In this document: one piece after another, positions 53,101-63,032 of the stretch
How positions within the stretch are numbered: the stretch's first letter is position 1
Layout: each line of letters starts with the position of its first letter
Source: Phoronis australis
Taxonomy: Eukaryota; Animalia; Phoronida
Assembly: GCA_002633005.1 (NCBI GenBank)
Contig: NMRA01000029.1
Coordinates: forward strand, 40,549-104,548
Direction: 5' to 3'
DNA length: 64,000 nt
The notes under the pieces: model-generated
Seen by the model: the letters and a program-made list of their open reading frames with translations, nothing else
Told to the model about the DNA's origin: nothing
The model's database searches: none
Translations under genes and position numbers: made by a program

Positions 53101-53433
53101 TGGAAGAGTCGTTCAAATATACCTCAAAAAAGTACAACGGTATCTAAGGATGACGCCATCTTGGACATTTGTTTGTGTTCCGCTGGTAAACCCTCAAAGC
53201 CATTTCATTATCTAAAGAAAACAAATTTTTATGGCAATGGTGGTGCACAAGTTTTAATTAAATTAAATAACAAAATAAATTTGATGCAATTTAAACCTTA
53301 TAAATGTGAATGTTAGGAAGTGAGCTAAAAATAGTGCATCTTGGAATCACTCACCCTCGGTAATCATCGTGAAAAAGCGGCAACTTCTTTGAATTCTCCA
53401 CCAGATGTCTCTTCTGCTTCTCCATCCCGCCAT
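22691..53433 (-). CDS. TTLL3: Tubulin monoglycylase, TTLL3/TTLL8 family; whole-gene span, 18 coding exons, ~998 aa
   Basis: Exons join in consistent phase; motifs [98 protein letters not shown]; TTLL3 versus TTLL8 cannot be resolved. Confidence 0.93.
23215..24455 (-). mobile_element. Helentron-associated non-autonomous element (HINE/DINE-1-like)
   Basis: Subterminal IRs ACTCTGCGCGTG (23251-23262) / CACGCGCAGAGT (24440-24451); adjacent extra IR 24428-24436; (AAGAAT)n microsatellite; ~420-bp internal tandem repeat; terminal hairpin TTATTGTCA-aggcg-TGACAATAA (23225-23247). Confidence 0.85.
24354..24400. repeat. (AAGAAT)n microsatellite inside the HINE
   Basis: aagaataagaagaagaataagaataagaataagaataagaat. 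Confidence 0.95.
25910..26023. mobile_element. Palindromic MITE
   Basis: tctgatataacgtgccc..ttttgagaaccagttt pairs with aaactggttctcaaaa..gggcacgttatatcaga; the core recurs at 37614-37666. Confidence 0.75.
26511..26755. mobile_element. Tc1/mariner-type MITE with TA target duplication
   Basis: TA|cggtaaaaattcttcagtttgg ... ccaaattgaagaatttcaccg|TA. Confidence 0.7.
27283..27324. repeat. 21-bp tandem duplication
   Basis: ccaacttctagaagacaacta twice. Confidence 0.9.
32352..32846 (-). CDS. TTLL3: TTLL3 exon ([18 protein letters not shown]...HHPK)
   Basis: cag acceptor and G|gtaact donor; D.G.FEL motif that ends the TTL domain. Confidence 0.88.
33296..33443 (-). CDS. TTLL3: TTLL3 exon ([20 protein letters not shown])
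   Basis: Catalytic ATP-grasp motif E-I-N; canonical splice sites. Confidence 0.95.
33869..33882. promoter_or_regulatory. RFX X-box-like motif GTTCCCATAGCAAC in a TTLL3 intron
   Basis: Fits the X-box consensus GTTNCCATRGNAAC; function untested. Confidence 0.35.
34633..34738 (-). CDS. TTLL3: TTLL3 exon ([35 protein letters not shown])
   Basis: tag acceptor and AAG|gtatgg donor; W..I.PGMK motif. Confidence 0.92.
34947..35063 (-). CDS. TTLL3: TTLL3 exon ([19 protein letters not shown]) ending in a GC donor
   Basis: HLxNNxIQK and NMW motifs; donor CAG|gcaagt restores phase. Confidence 0.9.
35781..35925 (-). CDS. TTLL3: TTLL3 exon ([37 protein letters not shown])
   Basis: Signature TTLL3/8 sequence; cag and gtgagt sites. 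Confidence 0.97.
36792..36887 (-). CDS. TTLL3: TTLL3 exon ([17 protein letters not shown])
   Basis: VVQKYI motif; canonical splice sites. Confidence 0.95.
37312..37529. mobile_element. MITE with ~28-bp TIRs
   Basis: aaaaaccggacaatcgccgcacaaataaa / tttatttgtgtggcgattgtccggttttt. Confidence 0.7.
37766..37914 (-). CDS. TTLL3: TTLL3 exon (..[23 protein letters not shown])
   Basis: [13 protein letters not shown] signature; cag and gtatgg sites. Confidence 0.97.
38831..38892 (-). CDS. TTLL3: TTLL3 exon ([21 protein letters not shown])
   Basis: W..FL..YY motif; cag and gtaagt sites. Confidence 0.92.
39434..39588 (-). CDS. TTLL3: TTLL3 exon (..[27 protein letters not shown])
   Basis: Phase-consistent open frame; cag and gtaatc sites. 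Confidence 0.85.
39727..40122 (-). repeat. Dispersed ~400-bp repeat, copy 2
   Basis: Colinear with 7437-7840; hairpin acagtgcta-tgaaagg-tagcactgt. Confidence 0.75.
40546..40737 (-). CDS. TTLL3: TTLL3 exon ([15 protein letters not shown]..)
   Basis: DF.LTA..VLK motif; cag and gtaggt sites. Confidence 0.9.
42008..42122 (-). CDS. TTLL3: TTLL3 exon ([28 protein letters not shown])
   Basis: FFPRCY motif; tag and gtgagt sites. Confidence 0.96.
42793..43077 (-). repeat. 26-bp minisatellite, 11 copies, consisting of the exon 3' end plus 5' splice site
   Basis: Consensus (+) tgtttaaactcacctttgtagttaaa, i.e. (-) tttaactacaaag|gtgagtttaaaca; the copy at 43052-43077 carries the real donor. Confidence 0.95.
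43065..43193 (-). CDS. TTLL3: TTLL3 exon ([25 protein letters not shown])
   Basis: NHY..AGSFTTK motif; cag and gtaagt sites. Confidence 0.96.
43863..43930 (-). CDS. TTLL3: TTLL3 exon ([23 protein letters not shown])
   Basis: Bridges phase 1 to phase 0; cag and gtgcgt sites; DG...M|SR continuity. Confidence 0.88.
43987..44219. mobile_element. Possible MITE with TTAA ends
   Basis: Inverted gtaccagcag / ctgctggtac near both ends; TTAA flanks. Confidence 0.4.
44464..44653 (-). CDS. TTLL3: TTLL3 exon ([26 protein letters not shown]..poly-Asp)
   Basis: KIF.I.G.Y..R..LR.RGWVEK signature; (GAT)n-encoded acidic tract. Confidence 0.95.
45188..45348 (-). CDS. TTLL3: TTLL3 exon (..[15 protein letters not shown])
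   Basis: RL.NAK...E.A.K motif; ttctcccctcag acceptor and gtgagc donor. Confidence 0.88.
45866..45997 (-). CDS. TTLL3: TTLL3 N-terminal exon (predicted)
   Basis: ttgttag acceptor and AAG|gtaggt donor; open phase 1 to phase 1 frame. Confidence 0.7.
46864..48356. mobile_element. Non-autonomous pogo/Tc1-mariner element (~1.5 kb)
   Basis: TA|ccgtattcgccctaataagcgcc ... gtgcttagtagggtgaatacgg|TA; repeated subterminal taagcgccc motifs; no transposase ORF. Confidence 0.85.
51188..51369. mobile_element. Tc1/mariner-type MITE
   Basis: TA|cagttcataaata..ttttgttgaac ... gttcaacaaaa..tttttgtgaactg|TA. Confidence 0.7.
51622..51995. mobile_element. hAT-like MITE
   Basis: TIR cagggctcgat / atcgagccctg; flanks only loosely similar (ttgtatgt / gctgtata). 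Confidence 0.6.
52719..53036 (-). CDS. Possible alternative N-terminal coding exon of TTLL3
   Basis: ATG-initiated open frame with candidate donors AAT|gtaagg (52719) and CAG|gtaatg. Confidence 0.4.
53355..53433 (-). CDS. TTLL3: TTLL3 predicted first coding exon ([26 protein letters not shown])
   Basis: gtcATGG start context; G|gtgagt donor in phase with exon 45997; could instead be 5' UTR. Confidence 0.5.
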
Positions 53434-54256
53434 GACTCGCAAGGGAGGTTCACTCAATGATGCAAAAATAGCTCATTGGGCTCATGCACATGCCAAGAAG
53501 CGAGATTACCCTCACTGTACCTCCGTCCAAGCCCATGTAAGGTTATGCAGGACCTTACTAATAAGTACGTGCATTTAACCTAGGAACCAGTAGGAGATGG
53601 TTCTTAGATTTAGTCAAAAAGCTATAAAACCTCAAAGTCAACTCAGTGAAAGTCACTTCAGTGTCACGTTAACGGTCTCTGCCTATATCTCGGATTTTCG
53701 AGTGTCAGAATTTGGTTACGACGACGCCCGCCGGTGAAATTTAGTACTAAAACGTAAAGGGAAAGTCATAGCAAAACGACTCAGTGCAGCAATAATATGA
53801 CTAATTATCGTTTATTATAAATATCAAGGATTAAACCTCTCTTAAACACTGTTACACTAGTTTTCTCGGCATGCAACTAGTAAATTTTTGATTAATCATG
53901 CATCATCAGTAAAAGTCGACTTCAGTTCAGTTGATAAACCGCGGCCTTGTCGGGGAACACAAGTGACGCGCTAGGGACCGTCTCGGAGGTCGGGTGATGA
54001 TTGTAGTGTTGGTGAATGAAAATGTATACCAGGTAATCATTCAACGAAATTGCTAATACGGTAGAATTCAAATTAATCAGACGGTTATTTCTTGCGGTAA
54101 AAAATTGAGAAAATAATGTTGCAAAATTTTTCCCTCGGTGAATTTCCAACGGACTAGGTTTCTTTTGGTTTCACCATCATGATTTCTACGAAGGAAAATA
54201 TGATTTTATAAGCATAAGCAGCGATATCGGCAAAATCAAACTTTATGTTGAGTGAT

Positions 54257-54745
54257 TCTAGTCGTGTCCCGGCTATCTCAGTGTGAAAAGTCCCCAGACG
54301 GCAGTTCACGCGGTCAAGTCGAGTCGGCCTGGGAGGTCTGCGCTGACTGAGGTCGAGCGGCATCCCCCTGCAGGTCTGCTTGTCCCTGCGTATGTGCGAA
54401 ATTTTCAAAGTCTCAGAGAAATGTGTCGAATATTGGCCATTTGTGTCGCTTTCAGAAACGTTGCGTTGAAAACTGAGAAATCGATGTGTCGTTTATTGCG
54501 GCCATTTGTGTCACTTTCTCGAAAGGTGCCTTGAAAACTGAACGTAAAAGCCAGAGCAAACATAGCGGGGTCGAGCGGCGAGCCGGGATACAATCCCGGC
54601 CCTAGTCGTGTCTCGGCTAGGTCTAAACGGGCCCCAGACGGCGGTCCACGCGGTCAACTGAAGTCCTGGCGGCCTTCGGGGTCTGCGTTGGCCGAGACGC
54701 GGAGCGTTGCAGCCCCCTGCAGGTCTGCCCCAGGGCCGTCGCGGC
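54257..54745. repeat. GC-rich repeated unit next to the assembly gap
   Basis: ctagtcgtgtc..cggcta..ccccagacggc..cacgcggtcaa..cccctgcaggtctgc at ~54258-54379 and ~54602-54728. Confidence 0.7.
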
Positions 54746-54924
54746 NNNNNNNNNNNNNNNNNNNNNNNNNNNNNNNNNNNNNNNNNNNNNNNNNNNNNNN
54801 NNNNNNNNNNNNNNNNNNNNNNNNNNNNNNNNNNNNNNNNNNNNNNNNNNNNNNNNNNNNNNNNNNNNNNNNNNNNNNNNNNNNNNNNNNNNNNNNNNNN
54901 NNNNNNNNNNNNNNNNNNNNNNNN
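54746..54924. other. Assembly gap
   Basis: Run of N. Confidence 1.
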
Positions 54925-57449
54925 GGGGTCGGCACTAGGCCAAGAGTCGCTAAAAGAACGGAAGGCGCAGCGAAATTTGCTTCTATAGTAAGAAGACCAG
55001 AGTGGAGCGACACTGGTAGCAGTCGTGCTCAGTAGTGATTTGGGTCGGGCCTGGTCACTCACATCTAGGGGTCACGGAGGGGTCAGTGATGGAAAGAATT
55101 GCCTCTTTTCCTCCCCGTCACTTTTCTGAAATCGTACATAAGCTTTTCAGTTAAGGAAAGACGCGTTGATGGAGAGCGTTTTGTGGTCAGATTATGGAAT
55201 TGGTCTGTCAATCAAATAAGAGTGTCTTTTCATGGCAGAATTTAGGCAGCTATAGTTTGTCCAAAAACGTCCCTCCGCCGGGCTTAGGGTAGAGTCAGGG
55301 GCGAATCTAGGACGGGGGGTAGGGCAGAGTATTAGCCAGGATTTTGCCTGTCAGACAATCGCACCCTCAAATCCTAACTAAGTAAAGAATGTTATGACAC
55401 CGATTTTCTGAGAGTAAAAGGCCTAATTTCATTTTCGATTAGCGAGTTTTTGGTAGATAAGCCCACCCGATGAAACGCCCAGGGCGTTTGTTTGGTGTTA
55501 CAACTTCTGGTGTCGAGTGTGCAGATAGTGAGGCGTTTATTAGGAAATTTTCCTCTTAAAAGCCCACTCCCAGTCAATTTTTCACACAAATGCAGTTTTA
55601 TGGAACATTTATCATTTATAAAAACAACGAGGTAATGACGAACTATCCATTTATTAAAATAAAATTTAAAAACACAGTTTAAGTAAAAATGTCAAAGTCA
55701 GCAAAACTATAACTTTCCGTTTACGCGCGCCCCTTTTCTGAATAAATGCCCGGAGGTTTATTTGGTGTTACTACGACCCCTGAAATTTTTCGTTTTCCGA
55801 ACATGCCCTTGGGATTATCTACGAAAAATCCCGGTAGGCAGCTGAACATGGCAAAATACAACTTTAACTCAAACACTAAAACCCATTACGTCAAGGCCTC
55901 TTTCTCCCGGTAACCAGTGAGAGTTTATTGGTTTCAGATTTCCATGTTTATAGCTATGAAAATCGACTGATTTCTGAATATCAGAAGCTGATCTTTTAAG
56001 AAAATGACGATGCTTCAATGAACTTAGATGCACAATGAATCACTGGGGGTAAATTCTATCATTTGACTCCAAACAGCAAAGTGCGCTAGATTATTTTGCC
56101 ATTCTGTACTAAATCTCTAAGAAACCGGTGGATCGTCGAATTTTTATTTTGCCTGATGAATTTCAGCCACCAGAAAGTTGTTTCAGCAATTGATATTGAC
56201 CGATTTTTATATATTAGTAAATTCACTGCAACTAGCTCCCTTTAGTGCCTTAAATATGCAAAAATGATATTGGTCAGCAGTGACCAGAAAAGCTGTGCGA
56301 CCTTCACATGATAAGAAGAAATGATGGATGTCAACGTATAGCTGCCAAGTAATTTGCACTAGTTATAGGTTTGAGTATTGCATGAGTAAGGTAATCAACT
56401 AACACCTGAAAAGACGAGGTTTATGAAAGATAGGGGTATTGGGGTTTCTGGTTTTCATAACCACCAGATCCCGGTGATAACTTACGATTTACAATATACA
56501 CAGGAGGGCAACCAACTCTCAGTGGGGATTTAGGGAGACGGGAGCAAGGGGACCATGCCCCCCCCCCCTAAAATTCTCCCAGATTCCATTTAAGAGCTGT
56601 TTCCGTAACTCAGTGCAACATGAACATCGAAACCATCAGCTACATCAGGAAACGCTTTAAAGTTTATTGTGGTTGGGCAACTGTAAAATTGCGAATTCGA
56701 AAATGACGCGTGTAGGCATGACTTTGAGTTGGTGCAAGATAAGGAATATTGAGACTGCTTTTAACAATTAAGGCCAATTCCATTTTTACTTTAGCCAGAT
56801 AAACAGGGCGAAATGCAACTAGAGGTTGTTAAAAATGCAATATTGTATTTTTGCTCTTGTTAATTCGTTAATTAATTTTAAAATTTCTAACGCGGGTACC
56901 AGAGTAGCAACTATCTTACTCCACGTGCCCTCTTTATAGATACGTCATAGAAACGAGTTCCATGCTCTCGTGATACGCACGCCCGGTCATACATGTCATG
57001 TTCTCAAAGCACGTGCCCTGTAAAGCAGCAAAAACATTGTACAAAGTAGAAGCTACAGACATCTCAATTGTGATGTCTATGCTAGTAACATTTTAGTAAT
57101 TTGTATATCACACAATACTTTCAACGGACGTTTTCTTCAAAAAACTGGATATTAAGGTAGGGAGGCCTGCAGGCACTTTGGTTCTATGATTATCCTACGT
57201 TTTTTGGCTGGCTATACAAATGCAGGTTCAAACATGAAACAACCAGACACCCAGTTAAGACATGCGCGTTTAAAAAGAACAACTACCTTTGTTTTTAGTG
57301 AAGTTTAGGCGCGTGCGCATATTGGTAAAACCGTTGGGCAAAATTCATTCAATAAGGTACTATTTCGGATGTGGGCGCGTGAATCTAAATACGCACAAAG
57401 ACTCTTTATATTTTTGGTCAATCAATACCGTTCTGAATATTACAGTAAC

Positions 57450-57746
57450 ATGTCCGTCCTTCGTTTGTGGCCATATGAGTTCGAGGATGAACTTTGGTGG
57501 CCCACGTGGCCCACATACGAACAAGACTGGTATCAACCATCTTGGGGCGCCGGTCACCCTCATCACCACCACCACCATCATCACCACCGTCGTCTGGAGA
57601 CGGATAAATGGTCGCAGGTTGTAGATATGAGAGGTTTCACCAACGATGACATCACGGTTAACATGGATGGGCGTGAGGTCACAGTGCACGGGAAACATAG
57701 CTACCAAGATGGGGATAATATTGACAGGATGGAGCGAAAGAGGAAG
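57450..57746 (+). CDS. Small heat-shock protein (HSP20/alpha-crystallin family), exon 1
   Basis: MSVLRLWPYEF..WWPTWP aromatic N-terminus, His9, then ACD1 start (WSQVVDMRGFTNDDITVNMDGREVTVHGKH); AAG|gtacat phase-0 donor; an upstream in-frame ATG at 57369 is also possible. Confidence 0.88.
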
Positions 57747-59367
57747 GTACATGCATGCAGTGTGGCGTCTCGTTTTAACGATACTACCCCTAACCGTCAG
57801 AAAACGTTTGTTTTTATAAATATTAGACTAAAACAACGTTCACATAGTTCATAAAATCTTCAAAACCCTAGAGGAGTTGTTTGTGGCGATGTTGATGTGG
57901 CCCGATGTGGTAAATGCAAGTAAGTTTAGCTGGCTCTGGTCACACCAATCGTTTATTGTATTTTATCCTCTATAAATAAAGTTTATTATTACTATTATAG
58001 TCCTTGGGCAAAGTTGGCAAGGAGTGAAAAAGTTGACAGTCCTGTATGCACTGATGTCACTTGTTAGCGTTTTAAAATTACTCTATGTTTATGAGAAGTT
58101 AAATTCAGTGTTATTCCGCACTTCGACAGCCCCTCTGTCGAAGTATCGACAGAAATTGAAATTTCAAAAACAAACCGATGTTGAAATATTTTTACTTGAT
58201 GGACACCGTCCTTCATCCAGGTGAATTACTTGACGCACAGATTACAAATCGAAACTTCTGAAAACTCACAAATTTTATTCAGAAGTTGCGGAGCCCAGTG
58301 GCTCTTTTTAGATGTACTGGGGAAGGATGGCTGAATTTTCGTGAGAATCAGTCGTCATTCCCTGGTGGTCTGAGTAAGCTGGTTTCGCAACGTCGGGAGA
58401 AAATTGCAGTGAGTTTCTTGCAATTTTGGTATATAATTTTGGAATAATTTTAATAAAGCCCTCCGTAGGTTTGGATTTTTTAACTGAAGATAGTGCTTGT
58501 TGAATTTCCTTTTATTATCGTGCGTAAATACGAATGCATACAGGTCTTTGTATCTACCCACATGTAAAATAGTTCAACGGCATTACGCTTACGTACCGTT
58601 CATGGGCCAACTGGCTTAAAATGACAAAGAGGTCGCTCCCATTCATCAACTGTCGAAAGCCGAGGTGTTCTCCATTTCGTCGAGATGAACACCAACTTTA
58701 GAACGCATCGCTAAGGCCGAGTCTTCCAAAATCCCACGTCTGATCTATAAAGCGTTCTCAGTAGTCTTTTGTCCTGCATTACACCAGCTAGTGATGCTAT
58801 AATTTCTCTACGCAAAAGGAAATTTTGAGCCGTTGACACTAGTTGTTCCTGTACGAACCTTAGAATGGCTCGGCCGGTTTCCGAAGTTTGTTTAAATTCA
58901 CGACCGACGGTCGATTTATAATAAAACTACCTTACTCATAGGCGGATCCAGGGGAGGAGTCCAGGGGGTCCGCACTCACCTTTCCATTTTTAGCCGAAGC
59001 GGCGAACAAAAACCACTGGAAAATTTTTCTATTTTTCATTTCTATAGACCAGGGTTCATTTTACAAAAACGTGGGTATACACGGCCTCAAGTCTGTGAGC
59101 CAGTGTGGAGGCTCTCGTTTTGTTTTTGTTCTTTTCGCTTCCAATGAATTTTGATGTGCCTGTTGGTCCGAGCTAAGCAATCACAACGCGTCAACAAAAT
59201 TTTCCGGCCAAAATGAATGACGCAAGAAATTATATCTGATAGCCCACTAGGTGCTAAGATGATGACATTAAATTTCGCTACCGGTTTTCCCATGTGTTTG
59301 TGATATAGAATTCTCATCCTGTCGTTTTTTGTACCTTTTATTTCGCTTTTGCTACTTGAAATTGTAG

Positions 59368-59868
59368 TTGATCTTGCCTTCCAACGTCAATATCAACAGT
59401 GTGACAACCAGTCTTCATCGGAGCGGCCAGTTGGTTCTGCAGGCTCCCTTGAAGGTCGATTCACCTCTGCCGGTGAGAGACAAACTGGTCGGGGATCATC
59501 TGGTGGAAGCAGGAAACCACGACATCTTCGGACCCTTCCCCAAGTGTTTCCACAAGGAAGGTGATCAAATCAAGTTGAGAATGGACGTGTCCGCGTATAA
59601 ACCAGAGGAAATAAAAGTTACTGTCGACAATCATTGCTTGAAGGTCCACGCTAAGCACTCAGGCGAGCGCGGTTACGTTGAATCGAATCACAGCATTCTC
59701 TTGCCGAAGGGTATGAACGAAAGTGCTTTAGCGTCCACGCTGTCTCCGGAAGGTACTCTCACATTCTCTGCGCCAATGACTGAGGCGTTACCCGGCAGTG
59801 GTCGCTCGTTGACTATCGAGAAAGAAGAACCAAAGCGAAGTTGTTCTAATGGCTCCAGGGAGAACTAA
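59368..59868 (+). CDS. Small heat-shock protein exon 2 (end of ACD1 plus complete ACD2); total ~265 aa
   Basis: ttgtag acceptor; LILPSNV..VTTSLHRSGQLVLQAP ends ACD1; MDVSAYKPEEIKVTVDNHCLKVHAKH..LPKGM..LASTLSPEGTLTFSAP is ACD2; IxI-like tail RSLTIE. Confidence 0.92.
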   Translation: MILPSNVNINSVTTSLHRSGQLVLQAPLKVDSPLPVRDKLVGDHLVEAGNHDIFGPFPKCFHKEGDQIKLRMDVSAYKPEEIKVTVDNHCLKVHAKHSGERGYVESNHSILLPKGMNESALASTLSPEGTLTFSAPMTEALPGSGRSLTIEKEEPKRSCSNGSREN

Positions 59869-60427
59869 AAAGGTCAGGAAGACGTGTCGCTCAGATGAGG
59901 CTTACAAAAAGTGAACTTGACTCAAAACACTGTTGACATTTAATTTCTTTGGTATACTTGGCTAAGTTACCATTTGACGCCGGTCAGTAAGCTTCTCATG
60001 TTGGTTACCAAGTGTAAGTCGTTAACAAATATTGGCCATGTCTTCTTAAATAATTAAACGAAATTGAACGTACCTCTTTTCATGCTTCCGTTCGTTTTGT
60101 CATTTTACTAAAGACGAGGCTTAGAACTTGGTGTATGGTCGCATGCGGGGAAAAACGGATGCACGAAACAGTGGCGCTCGAAGGCTGCGTAACGGCTCAT
60201 TAGTTGTTGTGTTCTTCTAAAGGGGGCAGCTATCGTCACGATCCGCGCAGAAGCAATCGAGCAATCGTTAAATTTTGGCAATAGTTCCTAGAACAGTGGA
60301 CAGTATCCAACTCTGTCCAAGACATTGCACCCTTACAGTACACATAAAAAATTACTCTTGTCACTACGGAAATTGAACTCCTATCACACTCAAGCAAATT
60401 TTAGTGCAAGTGACCGAAATGTGTGGC

Positions 60428-60643
60428 CAGTAGTGCGTGCAGAAGGGGGGGGGGTCGACGAGGCGACGGCCCCGGACATCCACATTGTCGGAGGGCATCC
60501 AACCAGTGTAACGTTTTAAAATTAGTTCATCTTTTTTTGCTTTTGTATAGTACTAGTAGGACCGTGCATTTCGAGTAGAGAGATGGGCATTCAATAAAGA
60601 AATCGCACCGGGGTAAGGCCCACACCTCTGCACGCGGCTACTG
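60428..60643. mobile_element. hAT-like MITE
   Basis: TIR cagtagtgcgtgcag / ctgcacgcggctactg; 8-bp flanks tgtgtggc / tgtttgac (6 of 8 identical). Confidence 0.65.
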
Positions 60644-61379
60644 TGTTTGACCCACTTCAGTTCTATATGTTGTTTTTTGCGTTACAGGTAATTATTTTTT
60701 TGTGCATGGTAACAGGTTTTGCGATATGTGGTAAAGGTAATTGCCACCCCCTTTTAATTGTTGCGCATCTGTGAAACTTTTAAATCAAAGTTGCCTTAAA
60801 AACTCGAGAAAATATGTCCACCGATTGGTGTGAGACACTCTTTCCCTTTTCACTCCAAGAGGGTCCCATTCAAAGGCGAACTGATTTTATTATATAAAAT
60901 TTGCCGAAGCGCTGTACCGGTCAAAAACCAACTGGAAAAGAGTGCCGTGCGTGCTACGTGGTTGCATTTTAACGGTTTTGATTGACTAAAACAGGCTCTT
61001 GCTACACTATTTAATTCAACTAAGCTTTTGTTTTTGTCGAAGCCGGATTTTTACTCACGGTGGAGATGTAGCATGGCACCCTGATGTCTCCGGCCAACTT
61101 CGTTTCCGGCTTCCATGCTCCCGTGACGAACTACGGCACGTGAGCGACTGTACTGCATTGTTTTCTCGCTTAGCCGTGTTTTAGGGACCTGATCACACAA
61201 AATTCTGCTTTGAAAACGACCCTTTTAAAAAGTGTCTCACTACTGAACACGTTTTCTTTTTAATGTAAGTTAAAAATGAACTATAAAACCTGCACATCAA
61301 ATTCTCTTACTATTTTCATTACCGGTAGCGGGGAGTGTGGTTTCCCCTTAACCCAATTTCTACTCAATCCGCCATTTCA

Positions 61380-61658
61380 AGTTCTGTGCTGTCACTTAGG
61401 TCTACTAGTGGGTATTTTCGTGAAGTCCGGTTGACTCGTGTAGTTGTCTCGCCGCGGAACCGCATGGTTGCCCGGAGCGGCATTGAACATCGATATTTCT
61501 CCCCATCGCCAATCGATGGCGCAATTATTGTTGCTCATTTGCCTATCGGGGACACAGCAGAAGAGTTCGAAGATCGCCGCTGCCGACGCCGGACTACGGA
61601 CAAGGAAGGTCCGTTACTGTGTCATCGCTCGTATTAAGTGAAAAAAACGAAGTACAAG
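61380..61658 (+). other. Probable non-coding first exon of the TRPV-like gene
   Basis: CpG-rich segment ending in strong donor AAG|gtaagg; next acceptor tttctcacatttcag at 62627; start position is approximate. Confidence 0.45.
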
Positions 61659-62762
61659 GTAAGGCATGCGAAAGAAAATTGTTGACCGATGAAATTGTTT
61701 TTAAAATATCTGCTTAAGACAGTGAAGGATGTGCCAAGGCACATAGTGATTAGTGAGAACTAGTGAGCCGCTGTAGATAAACACCGGCGCAGTGACAGAC
61801 TTTCTCGAAGTTTGCGGTAGGCGTATTGGTTTCTAAGCCGAACTGAAAATGTTTGTCGAGGCAGCTCTGTAGTCTAATTAATGTCTTACGCGTTAAGGTC
61901 GTTAAACGAAGGCTGTCTCATGAGTGAAATATTATATATCCAGTAGCCTTTTCTTGGACCCTGAGGTAAACGGAATTAATTTAGTTTAGATGTACTCGGA
62001 AAAGTGCTTTACGTCAGTGTTGCAACAAACAAGAATATTTTTCTCCTGTGTACATATAGCTTTGTTTCGACTTTCAAAGTGGGCCTGGAATGCGTGCCTT
62101 CGCCGGTTGCATTGAGATTTGGAAGTGTTCCTTGTGTGTACACAGGATTGTGATGCCGGTTGCAATCGCGTGAACACTTCAAAGACAAATGTGTGGAAAG
62201 AAAACTGTAAGAGCGGTACGAGTGTTTCAACCACCTGCAAAGTTTACCCTGTGTAGACAATTATACTGACAATGAACAGAGCTCAAAATGTCTTTGTGTT
62301 TGTGTAAACAAACTGTTAAATGGGGTTGCGTGATATGTGACATTTGCTAAGTGCTTGCTTTGGGGTCTTCTGTTCATATACCTGAGTGAATTTGGCATTG
62401 CATCTCCAAGGAATGTTGCACAGAAAGCTGTGTCACTGGGCGTGTGTAACAGTACATCTAGAAAACTGGAATTCAAAAGTATAGACCCTGTGTTCAGTCA
62501 ACGTATGACGTCATAGATTTTGTCTGGAAACGGTGTTTCTAAGACAGATACGATTTGGAGATTCCATTTGATGTTCTAGCAAGTGTTAACTGACATTATG
62601 TTATATTGATTTTTTCTCACATTTCAGGAAAAGAGAAACGTGGATATTTAGCCATTCATCCCCATTGCTCTGGGGAGGGCTTGGTAAATTGAATTGAATG
62701 ATTAGCAAGTTGTAATCATGGGTTAGGTGTTGTTTGACGGTGCTTTTAAAATGTTGAAGAAA

Positions 62763-63032
62763 ATGGGAAATCTGTTTAAAAAGAAGCCGAAGCACGATCC
62801 AGATGCCGGCTGGAGATTACAAAATGAGCAAGCTAAAGTCAATCCTGTGTACAAGTTGGCGAATTTAAACAAAGAAGGTCTTATCATCGATTTATATAAT
62901 GAAGGTGGAATGGAGGCAGTGGAACAATTTGCCAGAGAGAAAATGCCGTATTTTCTCTACAGTGGTGGAAAAGGCGGCGTGATTACCAAGACGGATTATG
63001 CTCGTTGGATAACAAAGTGCCAAACCACGGAG
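62763..63032 (+). CDS. TRPV-family cation channel (Nanchung/OCR-like), first coding exon; gene continues beyond the window
   Basis: MGN..VYKLANLNKEGLIIDLY..FAREKMPYFLYSGGKG resembles the Nanchung N-terminus (MGN..LYKFVNLKGGGLLVD..PFLYNKGAG, recalled from memory); GAG|gttggt donor; ankyrin and TM exons are not in the window. Confidence 0.7.

Noticed and set aside
54511-55062. ORFs crossing the N gap
   Set aside because: Open only because Ns hide stop codons
56600-57440. Heat-shock element upstream of the sHSP
   Set aside because: No clean array of three alternating nGAAn units was found
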